A DNA stretch of 64,000 nt from Nemertoderma westbladi (taxonomy: Eukaryota; Animalia; Xenacoelomorpha): the NCBI GenBank assembly GCA_032718475.1, contig JAUCBJ010000022.1:1-64000 (forward strand). Direction: 5' to 3'. The position numbers and the translations under genes were made by a program. Under the pieces are notes generated by a model. It had not been told where the DNA came from, did not search any database, and was given only the letters and a program-made list of their open reading frames with translations. Shown piece by piece: positions 15,001 to 30,000 of this stretch; position 1 is the first letter of the stretch, and each line of letters opens with the position of its first letter.

Positions 15001-18000
15001 TCTGTTTGCCCTTACACGCACTTTTCCGTATCTGTTTGCTCTTACCCGCACTCACCTGTGATTGTGTATCTGTTTGCCCTTACCCGCACTCACCTGTGAT
15101 TGTGTATCTGTTTGCCCTTACCCGCACTCACCTGTGATTGTGTATCTGTTTGCCCTTACCCGCACTCACCTGTGATTGTGAATCTGTTTGCCCTTACACG
15201 CACTCACCTGTGATTGTGAATCTGTTTGCCCTTACCCGCACTCACCTGTGATTGTGTATCTGTTTGCCCTTACCCGCACTCACCTGTGATTGTGAATCTG
15301 TTTGCCCTTACCCGCACTCACCTGTGATTGTGAATCTGTTTGCCCTTACCCGCACTCACCTGTGATTGCGTATCTGTTTGCCCTTACACGCACTTTTCCG
15401 TATCTGTTTGCCCTTACCCGCACTCACCTGTGATTGTGAATCTGTTTGCCCTTACCCGCACTCACCTGTGATTGTGTATCTGTTTGCCCTTACCCGCACT
15501 CACCTGTGATTGTGAATCTGTTTGCCCTTACACGCACTTTTCCGTATCTGTTTGCTCTTACCCGCACTCACCTGTGATTGCGTATCTGTTTGCCCTTACC
15601 CGCACTCACCTGTGATTGCGTATCTGTTTGCCCTTACCCGCACTCACCTGTGATTGCGTATCTGTTTGCCCTTACCCGCACTCACCTGTGATTGTGAATC
15701 TGTTTGCCCTTACACGCACTTTTCCGTATCTGTTTGCTCTTACCCGCACTCACCTGTGATTGTGAATCTGTTTGCCCTTACACGCACTTTTCCGTATCTG
15801 TTTGCTCTTACCCGCACTCACCTGTGATTGTGTATCTGTTTGCTCTTACCCGCACTCACCTGTGATTGTGAATCTGTTTGCCCTTACACGCACTTTTCCG
15901 TATCTGTTTGCTCTTACCCGCACTCACCTGTGATTGTGTATCTGTTTGCCCTTACCCGCACTCACCTGTGATTGTGTATCTGTTTGCCCTTACCCGCACT
16001 CACCTGTGATTGTGAATCTGTTTGCCCTTACACGCACTTTTCCGTATCTGTTTGCCCTTACCCGCACTCACCTGTGATTGTGAATCTGTTTGCCCTTACC
16101 CGCACTCACCTGTGATTGTGTATCTGTTTGCCCTTACCCGCACTCACCTGTGATTGTGAATCTGTTTGCCCTTACACTTTTCCGTATCTGTTTGCCCTTA
16201 CCCGCACTCACCTGTGATTGTGTATCTGTTTGCTCTTACCCGCACTCACCTGTGATTGTGTATCTGTTTGCCCTTACCCGCACTCACCTGTGATTGTGAA
16301 TCTGTTTGCCCTTACACGCACTTTTCCGTATCTGTTTGCCCTTACCCGCACTCACCTGTGATTGTGTATCTGTTTGCTCTTACCCGCACTCACCTGTGAT
16401 TGTGTATCTGTTTGCCCTTACCCGCACTCACCTGTGATTGTGTATCTGTTTGCCCTTACCCGCACTCACCTGTGATTGTGAATCTGTTTGCCCTTACACG
16501 CACTTTTCCGTATCTGTTTGCCCTTACCCGCACTCACCTGTGATTGTGTATCTGTTTGCTCTTACCCGCACTCACCTGTGATTGTGTATCTGTTTGCCCT
16601 TACCCGCACTCACCTGTGATTGTGAATCTGTTTGCCCTTACACGCACTTTTCCGTATCTGTTTGCCCTTACCCGCACTCACCTGTGATTGTGTATCTGTT
16701 TGCTCTTACCCGCACTCACCTGTGATTGTGTATCTGTTTGCCCTTACCCGCACTCACCTGTGATTGTGAATCTGTTTGCCCTTACACGCACTTTTCCGTA
16801 TCTGTTTGCTCTTACCCGCACTCACCTGTGATTGTGTATCTGTTTGCCCTTACCCGCACTCACCTGTGATTGTGTATCTGTTTGCCCTTACCCGCACTCA
16901 CCTGTGATTGTGAATCTGTTTGCCCTTACACGCACTTTTCCGTATCTGTTTGCCCTTACACGCACTTTTCCGTATCTGTTTGCCCTTACCCGCACTCACC
17001 CGTGATTGTGAATCTGTTTGCTCTTACCCGCACTCACCTGTGATTGTGTATCTGTTTGCCCTTACCCGCACTCACCTGTGATTGTGTATCTGTTTGCTCT
17101 TACCCGCACTCACCTGTGATTGCGTATCTGTTTGCCCTTACCCGCACTCACCTGTGATTGTGAATCTGTTTGCCCTTACACGCACTCACCTGTGATTGTG
17201 AATCTGTTTGCCCTTACACGCACTTTTCCGTATCTGTTTGCTCTTACCCGCACTCACCTGTGATTGTGTATCTGTTTGCCCTTACCCGCACTCACCTGTG
17301 ATTGTGTATCTGTTTGCTCTTACCCGCACTCACCTGTGATTGTGTATCTGTTTGCCCTTACCCGCACTCACCTGTGATTGTGTATCTGTTTGCCCTTACC
17401 CGCACTCACCTGTGATTGTGTATCTGTTTGCTCTTACCCGCACTCACCTGTGATTGTGTATCTGTTTGCTCTTACCCGCACTCACCTGTGATTGTGTATC
17501 TGTTTGACCTTACCCGCACTCACCTGTGATTGCGTATCTGTTTGCCCTTACCCGCACTCACCTGTGATTGTGTATCTGTTTGCTCTTACCCGCACTCACC
17601 TGTGATTGTGAATCTGTTTGCCCTTACACGCACTTTTCCGTATCTGTTTGCCCTTACCCGCACTCACCTGTGATTGTGAATCTGTTTGCCCTTACACGCA
17701 CTTTTCCGTATCTGTTTGCCCTTACCCGCACTCACCTGTGATTGTGAATCTGTTTGCCCTTACACGCACTTTTCCGTATCTGTTTGCTCTTACCCGCACT
17801 CACCTGTGATTGTGTATCTGTTTGCTCTTACCCGCACTCACCTGTGATTGTGTATCTGTTTGCCCTTACCCGCACTCACCTGTGATTGTGTATCTGTTTG
17901 CTCTTACCCGCACTCACCTGTGATTGTGTATCTGTTTGACCTTACCCGCACTCACCTGTGATTGTGAATCTGTTTGCCCTTACACGCACTTTTCCGTATC

Positions 18001-21000
18001 TGTTTGCTCTTACCCGCACTCACCTGTGATTGCGTATCTGTTTGACCTTACCCGCACTCACCTGTGATTGTGAATCTGTTTGCCCTTACACGCACTTTTC
18101 CGTATCTGTTTGCCCTTACCCGCACTCACCTGTGATTGTGTATCTGTTTGACCTTACCCGCACTCACCTGTGATTGTGAATCTGTTTGCCCTTACACGCA
18201 CTTTTCCGTATCTGTTTGCCCTTACCCGCACTCACCTGTGATTGTGTATCTGTTTGCCCTTACCCGCACTCACCTGTGATTGCGTATCTGTTTGCTCTTA
18301 CCCGCACTCACCTGTGATTGCGTATCTGTTTGCTCTTACCCGCACTCACCTGTGATTGCGTATCTGTTTGCCCTTACACGCACTTTTCCGTATCTGTTTG
18401 CTCTTACCCGCACTCACCTGTGATTGTGTATCTGTTTGCCCTTACCCGCACTCACCTGTGATTGCGTATCTGTTTGCCCTTACACGCACTTTTCCGTATC
18501 TGTTTGCTCTTACCCGCACTCACCTGTGATTGTGTATCTGTTTGCCCTTACCCGCACTCACCTGTGATTGTGTATCTGTTTGCTCTTACCCGCACTCACC
18601 TGTGATTGTGTATCTGTTTGACCTTACCCGCACTCACCTGTGATTGTGAATCTGTTTGCCCTTACACGCACTTTTCCGTATCTGTTTGCTCTTACCCGCA
18701 CTCACCTGTGATTGTGTATCTGTTTGACCTTACCCGCACTCACCTGTGATTGCGTATCTGTTTGCCCTTACCCGCACTCACCTGTGATTGTGTATCTGTT
18801 TGCTCTTACCCGCACTCACCTGTGATTGTGAATCTGTTTGCCCTTACCCGCACTCACCTGTGATTGTGTATCTGTTTGCCCTTACCCGCACTCACCTGTG
18901 ATTGTGTATCTGTTTGCCCTTACACGCACTTTTCCGTATCTGTTTGCTCTTACCCGCACTCACCTGTGATTGCGTATCTGTTTGCCCTTACACGCACTTT
19001 TCCGTATCTGTTTGCTCTTACCCGCACTCACCTGTGATTGTGTATCTGTTTGCCCTTACCCGCACTCACCTGTGATTGTGTATCTGTTTGCCCTTACCCG
19101 CACTCACCTGTGATTGTGTATCTGTTTGCTCTTACCCGCACTCACCTGTGATTGTGTATCTGTTTGCTCTTACCCGCACTCACCTGTGATTGTGAATCTG
19201 TTTGCCCTTACCCGCACTCACCTGTGATTGTGTATCTGTTTGCCCTTACCCGCACTCACCTGTGATTGTGTATCTGTTTGCCCTTACACGCACTTTTCCG
19301 TATCTGTTTGCTCTTACCCGCACTCACCTGTGATTGTGTATCTGTTTGCCCTTACCCGCACTCACCTGTGATTGTGTATCTGTTTGCCCTTACCCGCACT
19401 CACCTGTGATTGTGTATCTGTTTGCTCTTACCCGCACTCACCTGTGATTGTGTATCTGTTTGCTCTTACCCGCACTCACCTGTGATTGTGAATCTGTTTG
19501 CCCTTACCCGCACTCACCTGTGATTGTGTATCTGTTTGCCCTTACCCGCACTCACCTGTGATTGTGTATCTGTTTGCCCTTACACGCACTTTTCCGTATC
19601 TGTTTGCTCTTACCCGCACTCACCTGTGATTGTGTATCTGTTTGCCCTTACCCGCACTCACCTGTGATTGCGTATCTGTTTGCCCTTACCCGCACTCACC
19701 TGTGATTGTGTATCTGTTTGCTCTTACCCGCACTCACCTGTGATTGTGAATCTGTTTGCCCTTACCCGCACTCACCTGTGATTGTGTATCTGTTTGCCCT
19801 TACCCGCACTCACCTGTGATTGTGTATCTGTTTGCCCTTACACGCACTTTTCCGTATCTGTTTGCTCTTACCCGCACTCACCTGTGATTGCGTATCTGTT
19901 TGCCCTTACACGCACTTTTCCGTATCTGTTTGCTCTTACCCGCACTCACCTGTGATTGTGTATCTGTTTGCCCTTACCCGCACTCACCTGTGATTGTGTA
20001 TCTGTTTGCCCTTACACGCACTTTTCCGTATCTGTTTGCTCTTACCCGCACTCACCTGTGATTGCGTATCTGTTTGCCCTTACACGCACTTTTCCGTATC
20101 TGTTTGCTCTTACCCGCACTCACCTGTGATTGTGTATCTGTTTGCCCTTACACGCACTTTTCCGTATCTGTTTGCTCTTACCCGCACTCACCTGTGATTG
20201 TGTATCTGTTTGCCCTTACCCGCACTCACCTGTGATTGCGTATCTGTTTGCCCTTACACGCACTCACCTGTGATTGCGTATCTGTTTGCCCTTACACGCA
20301 CTTTTCCGTATCTGTTTGCTCTTACCCGCACTCACCTGTGATTGTGTATCTGTTTGCCCTTACCCGCACTCACCTGTGATTGTGTATCTGTTTGCCCTTA
20401 CACGCACTTTTCCGTATCTGTTTGCCCTTACCCGCACTCACCTGTGATTGTGTATCTGTTTGCCCTTACCCGCACTCACCTGTGATTGTGTATCTGTTTG
20501 CCCTTACACGCACTTTTCCGTATCTGTTTGCTCTTACCCGCACTCACCTGTGATTGTGTATCTGTTTGCCCTTACCCGCACTCACCTGTGATTGTGTATC
20601 TGTTTGCTCTTACCCGCACTCACCTGTGATTGTGTATCTGTTTGCCCTTACCCGCACTCACCTGTGATTGTGTATCTGTTTGCTCTTACCCGCACTCACC
20701 TGTGATTGTGAATCTGTTTGCCCTTACCCGCACTCACCTGTGATTGTGAATCTGTTTGCCCTTACACGCACTTTTCCGTATCTGTTTGCTCTTACCCGCA
20801 CTCACCTGTGATTGTGAATCTGTTTGCCCTTACACGCACTTTTCCGTATCTGTTTGCTCTTACCCGCACTCACCTGTGATTGTGAATCTGTTTGCCCTTA
20901 CACGCACTTTTCCGTATCTGTTTGCTCTTACCCGCACTCACCTGTGATTGTGAATCTGTTTGCCCTTACACGCACTTTTCCGTATCTGTTTGCTCTTACC

Positions 21001-24000
21001 CGCACTCACCTGTGATTGTGAATCTGTTTGCCCTTACACGCACTTTTCCGTATCTGTTTGCTCTTACCCGCACTCACCTGTGATTGTCTATCTGTTTGCC
21101 CTTACCCGCACTCACCTGTGATTGTGTATCTGTTTGCTCTTACCCGCACTCACCTGTGATTGTGAATCTGTTTGCCCTTACCCGCACTCACCCGTGATTG
21201 TGTATCTGTTTGCCCTTACCCGCACTCACCTGTGATTGTGAATCTGTTTGCCCTTACACGCACTTTTCCGTATCTGTTTGCTCTTACCCGCACTCACCTG
21301 TGATTGTGTATCTGTTTGCCCTTACACGCACTTTTCCGTATCTGTTTGCCCTTACACGCACTTTTCCGTATCTGTTTGCTCTTACCCGCACTCACCTGTG
21401 ATTGTGAATCTGTTTGCCCTTACACGCACTTTTCCGTATCTGTTTGCTCTTACCCGCACTCACCTGTGATTGTGTATCTGTTTGCCCTTACCCGCACTCA
21501 CCTGTGATTGTGAATCTGTTTGCCCTTACACGCACTTTTCCGTATCTGTTTGCTCTTACCCGCACTCACCTGTGATTGTGTATCTGTTTGCCCTTACACG
21601 CACTTTTCCGTATCTGTTTGCTCTTACCCGCACTCACCTGTGATTGTGTATCTGTTTGCCCTTACCCGCACTCACCTGTGATTGTGAATCTGTTTGCCCT
21701 TACACGCACTTTTCCGTATCTGTTTGCTCTTACCCGCACTCACCTGTGATTGTGTATCTGTTTGCCCTTACCCGCACTCACCTGTGATTGTGAATCTGTT
21801 TGCTCTTACACGCACTTTTCCGTATCTGTTTGCCCTTACCCGCACTCACCTGTGATTGTGTATCTGTTTGCTCTTACACGCACTTTTCCGTATCTGTTTG
21901 CCCTTACACGCACTTTTCCGTATCTGTTTGCCCTTACCCGCACTCACCTGTGATTGTGTATCTGTTTGCTCTTACACGCACTTTTCCGTATCTGTTTGCT
22001 CTTACCCGCACTCACCTGTGATTGCGTATCTGTTTGCTCTTACACGCACTTTTCCGTATCTGTTTGCTCTTACCCGCACTCACCTGTGATTGTGAATCTG
22101 TTTGCCCTTACACGCACTTTTCCGTATCTGTTTGCTCTTACCCGCACTCACCTGTGATTGTGTATCTGTTTGCCCTTACACGCACTTTTCCGTATCTGTT
22201 TGCTCTTACCCGCACTCACCTGTGATTGTGTATCTGTTTGCCCTTACCCGCACTCACCTGTGATTGTGAATCTGTTTGCCCTTACACGCACTTTTCCGTA
22301 TCTGTTTGCTCTTACCCGCACTCACCTGTGATTGTGTATCTGTTTGCCCTTACCCGCACTCACCTGTGATTGTGAATCTGTTTGCCCTTACACGCACTTT
22401 TCCGTATCTGTTTGCTCTTACCCGCACTCACCTGTGATTGTGAATCTGTTTGCCCTTACACGCACTTTTCCGTATCTGTTTGCCCTTACCCGCACTCACC
22501 TGTGATTGTGAATCTGTTTGCCCTTACACGCACTTTTCCGTATCTGTTTGCTCTTACCCGCACTCACCTGTGATTGTGAATCTGTTTGCCCTTACACGCA
22601 CTTTTCCGTATCTGTTTGCCCTTACCCGCACTCACCTGTGATTGTGAATCTGTTTGCCCTTACACGCACTTTTCCGTATCTGTTTGCTCTTACCCGCACT
22701 CACCTGTGATTGTGTATCTGTTTGCTCTTACACGCACTTTTCCGTATCTGTTTGCTCTTACCCGCACTCACCTGTGATTGTGTATCTGTTTGCCCTTACC
22801 CGCACTCACCTGTGATTGTGTATCTGTTTGCTCTTACCCGCACTCACCTGTGATTGTGAATCTGTTTGCCCTTACACGCACTTTTCCGTATCTGTTTGCT
22901 CTTACCCGCACTCACCTGTGATTGTGAATCTGTTTGCCCTTACACGCACTTTTCCGTATCTGTTTGCCCTTACCCGCACTCACCTGTGATTGTGAATCTG
23001 TTTGCCCTTACACGCACTTTTCCGTATCTGTTTGCTCTTACCCGCACTCACCTGTGATTGTGAATCTGTTTGCCCTTACACGCACTTTTCCGTATCTGTT
23101 TGCTCTTACCCGCACTCACCTGTGATTGTGTATCTGTTTGCCCTTACCCGCACTCACCTGTGATTGTGTATCTGTTTGCTCTTACCCGCACTCACCTGTG
23201 ATTGTGAATCTGTTTGCCCTTACACGCACTTTTCCGTATCTGTTTGCTCTTACCCGCACTCACCTGTGATTGTGAATCTGTTTGCCCTTACCCGCACTCA
23301 CCTGTGATTGTGAATCTGTTTGCCCTTACACGCACTTTTCCGTATCTGTTTGCTCTTACCCGCACTCACCTGTGATTGTGTATCTGTTTGCCCTTACACG
23401 CACTTTTCCGTATCTGTTTGCCCTTACCCGCACTCACCTGTGATTGTGAATCTGTTTGCCCTTACACGCACTTTTCCGTATCTGTTTGCTCTTACCCGCA
23501 CTCACCTGTGATTGTGAATCTGTTTGCCCTTACACGCACTTTTCCGTATCTGTTTGCTCTTACCCGCACTCACCTGTGATTGTGTATCTGTTTGCCCTTA
23601 CCCGCACTCACCTGTGATTGTGTATCTGTTTGCTCTTACCCGCACTCACCTGTGATTGTGAATCTGTTTGCCCTTACACGCACTTTTCCGTATCTGTTTG
23701 CTCTTACCCGCACTCACCTGTGATTGTGAATCTGTTTGCCCTTACACGCACTTTTCCGTATCTGTTTGCCCTTACACGCACTTTTCCGTATCTGTTTGCT
23801 CTTACCCGCACTCACCTGTGATTGCGTATCTGTTTGCTCTTACCCGCACTCACCTGTGATTGTGAATCTGTTTGCCCTTACACGCACTTTTCCGTATCTG
23901 TTTGCTCTTACCCGCACTCACCTGTGATTGTGTATCTGTTTGCCCTTACCCGCACTCACCTGTGATTGTGTATCTGTTTGCTCTTACCCGCACTCACCTG

Positions 24001-27000
24001 TGATTGTGAATCTGTTTGCCCTTACACGCACTTTTCCGTATCTGTTTGCTCTTACCCGCACTCACCTGTGATTGTGTATCTGTTTGCCCTTACCCGCACT
24101 CACCTGTGATTGTGTATCTGTTTGCTCTTACCCGCACTCACCTGTGATTGTGTATCTGTTTGCTCTTACCCGCACTCACCTGTGATTGTGTATCTGTTTG
24201 CCCTTACACGCACTTTTCCGTATCTGTTTGCTCTTACCCGCACTCACCTGTGATTGTGTATCTGTTTGCCCTTACCCGCACTCACCTGTGATTGTGTATC
24301 TGTTTGCTCTTACCCGCACTCACCTGTGATTGTGAATCTGTTTGCCCTTACACGCACTTTTCCGTATCTGTTTGCTCTTACCCGCACTCACCTGTGATTG
24401 TGTATCTGTTTGCTCTTACCCGCACTCACCTGTGATTGTGAATCTGTTTGCTCTTACCCGCACTCACCTGTGATTGTGAATCTGTTTGCCCTTACACGCA
24501 CTTTTCCGTATCTGTTTGCTCTTACCCGCACTCACCTGTGATTGCGTATCTGTTTGCTCTTACCCGCACTCACCTGTGATTGTGAATCTGTTTGCCCTTA
24601 CACGCACTTTTCCGTATCTGTTTGCTCTTACCCGCACTCACCTGTGATTGTGTATCTGTTTGCCCTTACCCGCACTCACCTGTGATTGTGTATCTGTTTG
24701 CTCTTACCCGCACTCACCTGTGATTGTGAATCTGTTTGCCCTTACACGCACTTTTCCGTATCTGTTTGCTCTTACCCGCACTCACCTGTGATTGTGTATC
24801 TGTTTGCCCTTACCCGCACTCACCTGTGATTGTGTATCTGTTTGCTCTTACCCGCACTCACCTGTGATTGTGTATCTGTTTGCTCTTACCCGCACTCACC
24901 TGTGATTGTGTATCTGTTTGCCCTTACACGCACTTTTCCGTATCTGTTTGCTCTTACCCGCACTCACCTGTGATTGTGTATCTGTTTGCCCTTACCCGCA
25001 CTCACCTGTGATTGTGTATCTGTTTGCTCTTACCCGCACTCACCTGTGATTGTGAATCTGTTTGCCCTTACACGCACTTTTCCGTATCTGTTTGCTCTTA
25101 CCCGCACTCACCTGTGATTGTGTATCTGTTTGCTCTTACCCGCACTCACCTGTGATTGTGTATCTGTTTGCCCTTACCCGCACTCACCTGTGATTGTGTA
25201 TCTGTTTGCTCTTACCCGCACTCACCTGTGATTGTGTATCTGTTTGCCCTTACACGCACTTTTCCGTATCTGTTTGCCCTTACACGCACTTTTCCGTATC
25301 TGTTTGCTCTTACCCGCACTCACCTGTGATTGTGTATCTGTTTGCCCTTACCCGCACTCACCTGTGATTGTGTATCTGTTTGCTCTTACCCGCACTCACC
25401 TGTGATTGTGTATCTGTTTGCTCTTACCCGCACTCACCTGTGATTGTGTATCTGTTTGCTCTTACCCGCACTCACCTGTGATTGTGTATCTGTTTGCCCT
25501 TACACGCACTTTTCCGTATCTGTTTGCCCTTACACGCACTTTTCCGTATCTGTTTGCTCTTACCCGCACTCACCTGTGATTGTGTATCTGTTTGCCCTTA
25601 CCCGCACTCACCTGTGATTGTGTATCTGTTTGCTCTTACCCGCACTCACCTGTGATTGTGTATCTGTTTGCCCTTACACGCACTTTTCCGTATCTGTTTG
25701 CTCTTACCCGCACTCACCTGTGATTGTGAATCTGTTTGCCCTTACACGCACTTTTCCGTATCTGTTTGCTCTTACCCGCACTCACCTGTGATTGTGTATC
25801 TGTTTGCTCTTACCCGCACTCACCTGTGATTGTGTATCTGTTTGCCCTTACACGCACTTTTCCGTATCTGTTTGCCCTTACACGCACTTTTCCGTATCTG
25901 TTTGCTCTTACCCGCACTCACCTGTGATTGCGTATCTGTTTGCTCTTACCCGCACTCACCTGTGATTGTGAATCTGTTTGCCCTTACCCGCACTCACCTG
26001 TGATTGTGTATCTGTTTGCTCTTACCCGCACTCACCTGTGATTGTGAATCTGTTTGCCCTTACACGCACTTTTCCGTATCTGTTTGCTCTTACACGCACT
26101 TTTCCGTATCTGTTTGCTCTTACCCGCACTCACCTGTGATTGCGTATCTGTTTGCTCTTACCCGCACTCACCTGTGATTGTGAATCTGTTTGCCCTTACC
26201 CGCACTCACCTGTGATTGTGTATCTGTTTGCTCTTACCCGCACTCACCTGTGATTGTGAATCTGTTTGCCCTTACACGCACTTTTCCGTATCTGTTTGCT
26301 CTTACCCGCACTCACCTGTGATTGTGTATCTGTTTGCCCTTACCCGCACTCACCTGTGATTGTGAATCTGTTTGCCCTTACACGCACTTTTCCGTATCTG
26401 TTTGCTCTTACCCGCACTCACCTGTGATTGCGTATCTGTTTGCTCTTACCCGCACTCACCTGTGATTGTGAATCTGTTTGCCCTTACACGCACTTTTCCG
26501 TATCTGTTTGCTCTTACCCGCACTCACCTGTGATTGTGTATCTGTTTGCCCTTACCCGCACTCACCTGTGATTGTGTATCTGTTTGCTCTTACCCGCACT
26601 CACCTGTGATTGTGAATCTGTTTGCCCTTACACGCACTTTTCCGTATCTGTTTGCTCTTACCCGCACTCACCTGTGATTGTGTATCTGTTTGCCCTTACC
26701 CGCACTCACCTGTGATTGTGTATCTGTTTGCTCTTACCCGCACTCACCTGTGATTGTGTATCTGTTTGCTCTTACCCGCACTCACCTGTGATTGTGTATC
26801 TGTTTGCTCTTACCCGCACTCACCTGTGATTGTGTATCTGTTTGCTCTTACCCGCACTCACCTGTGATTGTGTATCTGTTTGCCCTTACACGCACTTTTC
26901 CGTATCTGTTTGCCCTTACACGCACTTTTCCGTATCTGTTTGCTCTTACCCGCACTCACCTGTGATTGTGTATCTGTTTGCCCTTACCCGCACTCACCTG

Positions 27001-30000
27001 TGATTGTGTATCTGTTTGCTCTTACCCGCACTCACCTGTGATTGTGTATCTGTTTGCTCTTACCCGCACTCACCTGTGATTGTGTATCTGTTTGCTCTTA
27101 CCCGCACTCACCTGTGATTGTGTATCTGTTTGCCCTTACACGCACTTTTCCGTATCTGTTTGCCCTTACACGCACTTTTCCGTATCTGTTTGCTCTTACC
27201 CGCACTCACCTGTGATTGTGTATCTGTTTGCCCTTACCCGCACTCACCTGTGATTGTGTATCTGTTTGCTCTTACCCGCACTCACCTGTGATTGTGTATC
27301 TGTTTGCTCTTACCCGCACTCACCTGTGATTGTGTATCTGTTTGCTCTTACCCGCACTCACCTGTGATTGTGTATCTGTTTGCCCTTACACGCACTTTTC
27401 CGTATCTGTTTGCCCTTACACGCACTTTTCCGTATCTGTTTGCTCTTACCCGCACTCACCTGTGATTGTGTATCTGTTTGCTCTTACACGCACTTTTCCG
27501 TATCTGTTTGCTCTTACCCGCACTCACCTGTGATTGTGTATCTGTTTGCCCTTACCCGCACTCACCTGTGATTGTGTATCTGTTTGCTCTTACCCGCACT
27601 CACCTGTGATTGTGTATCTGTTTGCTCTTACCCGCACTCACCTGTGATTGTGTATCTGTTTGCTCTTACCCGCACTCACCTGTGATTGTGAATCTGTTTG
27701 CCCTTACACGCACTTTTCCGTATCTGTTTGCTCTTACCCGCACTCACCTGTGATTGTGTATCTGTTTGACCTTACCCGCACTCACCTGTGATTGTGTATC
27801 TGTTTGCTCTTACCCGCACTCACCTGTGATTGTGTATCTGTTTGCCCTTACACGCACTTTTCCGTATCTGTTTGCTCTTACCCGCACTCACCTGTGATTG
27901 TGTATCTGTTTGCTCTTACCCGCACTCACCTGTGATTGTGTATCTGTTTGCTCTTACCCGCACTCACCTGTGATTGTGTATCTGTTTGCCCTTACACGCA
28001 CTTTTCCGTATCTGTTTGCCCTTACACGCACTTTTCCGTATCTGTTTGCTCTTACCCGCACTCACCTGTGATTGTGTATCTGTTTGCCCTTACCCGCACT
28101 CACCTGTGATTGTGTATCTGTTTGCTCTTACCCGCACTCACCTGTGATTGTGTATCTGTTTGCCCTTACACGCACTTTTCCGTATCTGTTTGCTCTTACC
28201 CGCACTCACCTGTGATTGTGTATCTGTTTGCTCTTACCCGCACTCACCTGTGATTGTGTATCTGTTTGCCCTTACCCGCACTCACCTGTGATTGTGTATC
28301 TGTTTGCTCTTACCCGCACTCACCTGTGATTGTGAATCTGTTTGCCCTTACACGCACTTTTCCGTATCTGTTTGCTCTTACCCGCACTCACCTGTGATTG
28401 TGAATCTGTTTGCCCTTACCCGCACTCACCTGTGATTGTGTATCTGTTTGCTCTTACCCGCACTCACCTGTGATTGTGAATCTGTTTGCCCTTACACGCA
28501 CTTTTCCGTATCTGTTTGCTCTTACCCGCACTCACCTGTGATTGTGTATCTGTTTGCCCTTACCCGCACTCACCTGTGATTGTGTATCTGTTTGCTCTTA
28601 CCCGCACTCACCTGTGATTGTGAATCTGTTTGCCCTTACACGCACTTTTCCGTATCTGTTTGCCCTTACACGCACTTTTCCGTATCTGTTTGCTCTTACC
28701 CGCACTCACCTGTGATTGTGTATCTGTTTGCCCTTACCCGCACTCACCTGTGATTGTGTATCTGTTTGCTCTTACCCGCACTCACCTGTGATTGTGTATC
28801 TGTTTGCCCTTACCCGCACTCACCTGTGATTGTGTATCTGTTTGCTCTTACCCGCACTCACCTGTGATTGTGTATCTGTTTGCCCTTACCCGCACTCACC
28901 TGTGATTGTGTATCTGTTTGCTCTTACCCGCACTCACCTGTGATTGTGTATCTGTTTGACCTTACCCGCACTCACCTGTGATTGCGTATCTGTTTGCCCT
29001 TACCCGCACTCACCTGTGATTGTGAATCTGTTTGCCCTTACACGCACTTTTCCGTATCTGTTTGCCCTTACCCGCACTCACCTGTGATTGTGAATCTGTT
29101 TGCCCTTACACGCACTTTTCCGTATCTGTTTGCCCTTACCCGCACTCACCTGTGATTGCGTATCTGTTTGCCCTTACCCGCACTCACCTGTGATTGCGTA
29201 TCTGTTTGCCCTTACCCGCACTCACCTGTGATTGCGTATCTGTTTGCCCTTACCCGCACTCACCTGTGATTGTGAATCTGTTTGCCCTTACACGCACTTT
29301 TCCGTATCTGTTTGCTCTTACCCGCACTCACCTGTGATTGCGTATCTGTTTGCCCTTACCCGCACTCACCTGTGATTGTGAATCTGTTTGCCCTTACCCG
29401 CACTCACCTGTGATTGTGAATCTGTTTGCCCTTACACGCACTCACCTGTGATTGTGTATCTGTTTGCTCTTACCCGCACTCACCTGTGATTGCGTATCTG
29501 TTTGCCCTTACCCGCACTCACCTGTGATTGCGTATCTGTTTGCCCTTACCCGCACTCACCTGTGATTGCGTATCTGTTTGCCCTTACCCGCACTCACCTG
29601 TGAATGTGAATCTGTTTGCCCTTACACGCACTCACCTGTGATTGTGTATCTGTTTGCTCTTACCCGCACTCACCTGTGATTGCGTATCTGTTTGCCCTTA
29701 CCCGCACTCACCTGTGATTGTGTATCTGTTTGCCCTTACCCGCACTCACCTGTGATTGTGAATCTGTTTGCCCTTACCCGCACTCACCTGTGATTGCGTA
29801 TCTGTTTGCCCTTACCCGCACTCACCTGTGATTGCGTATCTGTTTGCCCTTACCCGCACTCACCTGTGATTGCGTATCTGTTTGCCCTTACCCGCACTCA
29901 CCTGTGATTGTGAATCTGTTTGCCCTTACCCGCACTCACCTGTGATTGCGTATCTGTTTGCCCTTACCCGCACTCACCTGTGATTGCGTATCTGTTTGCC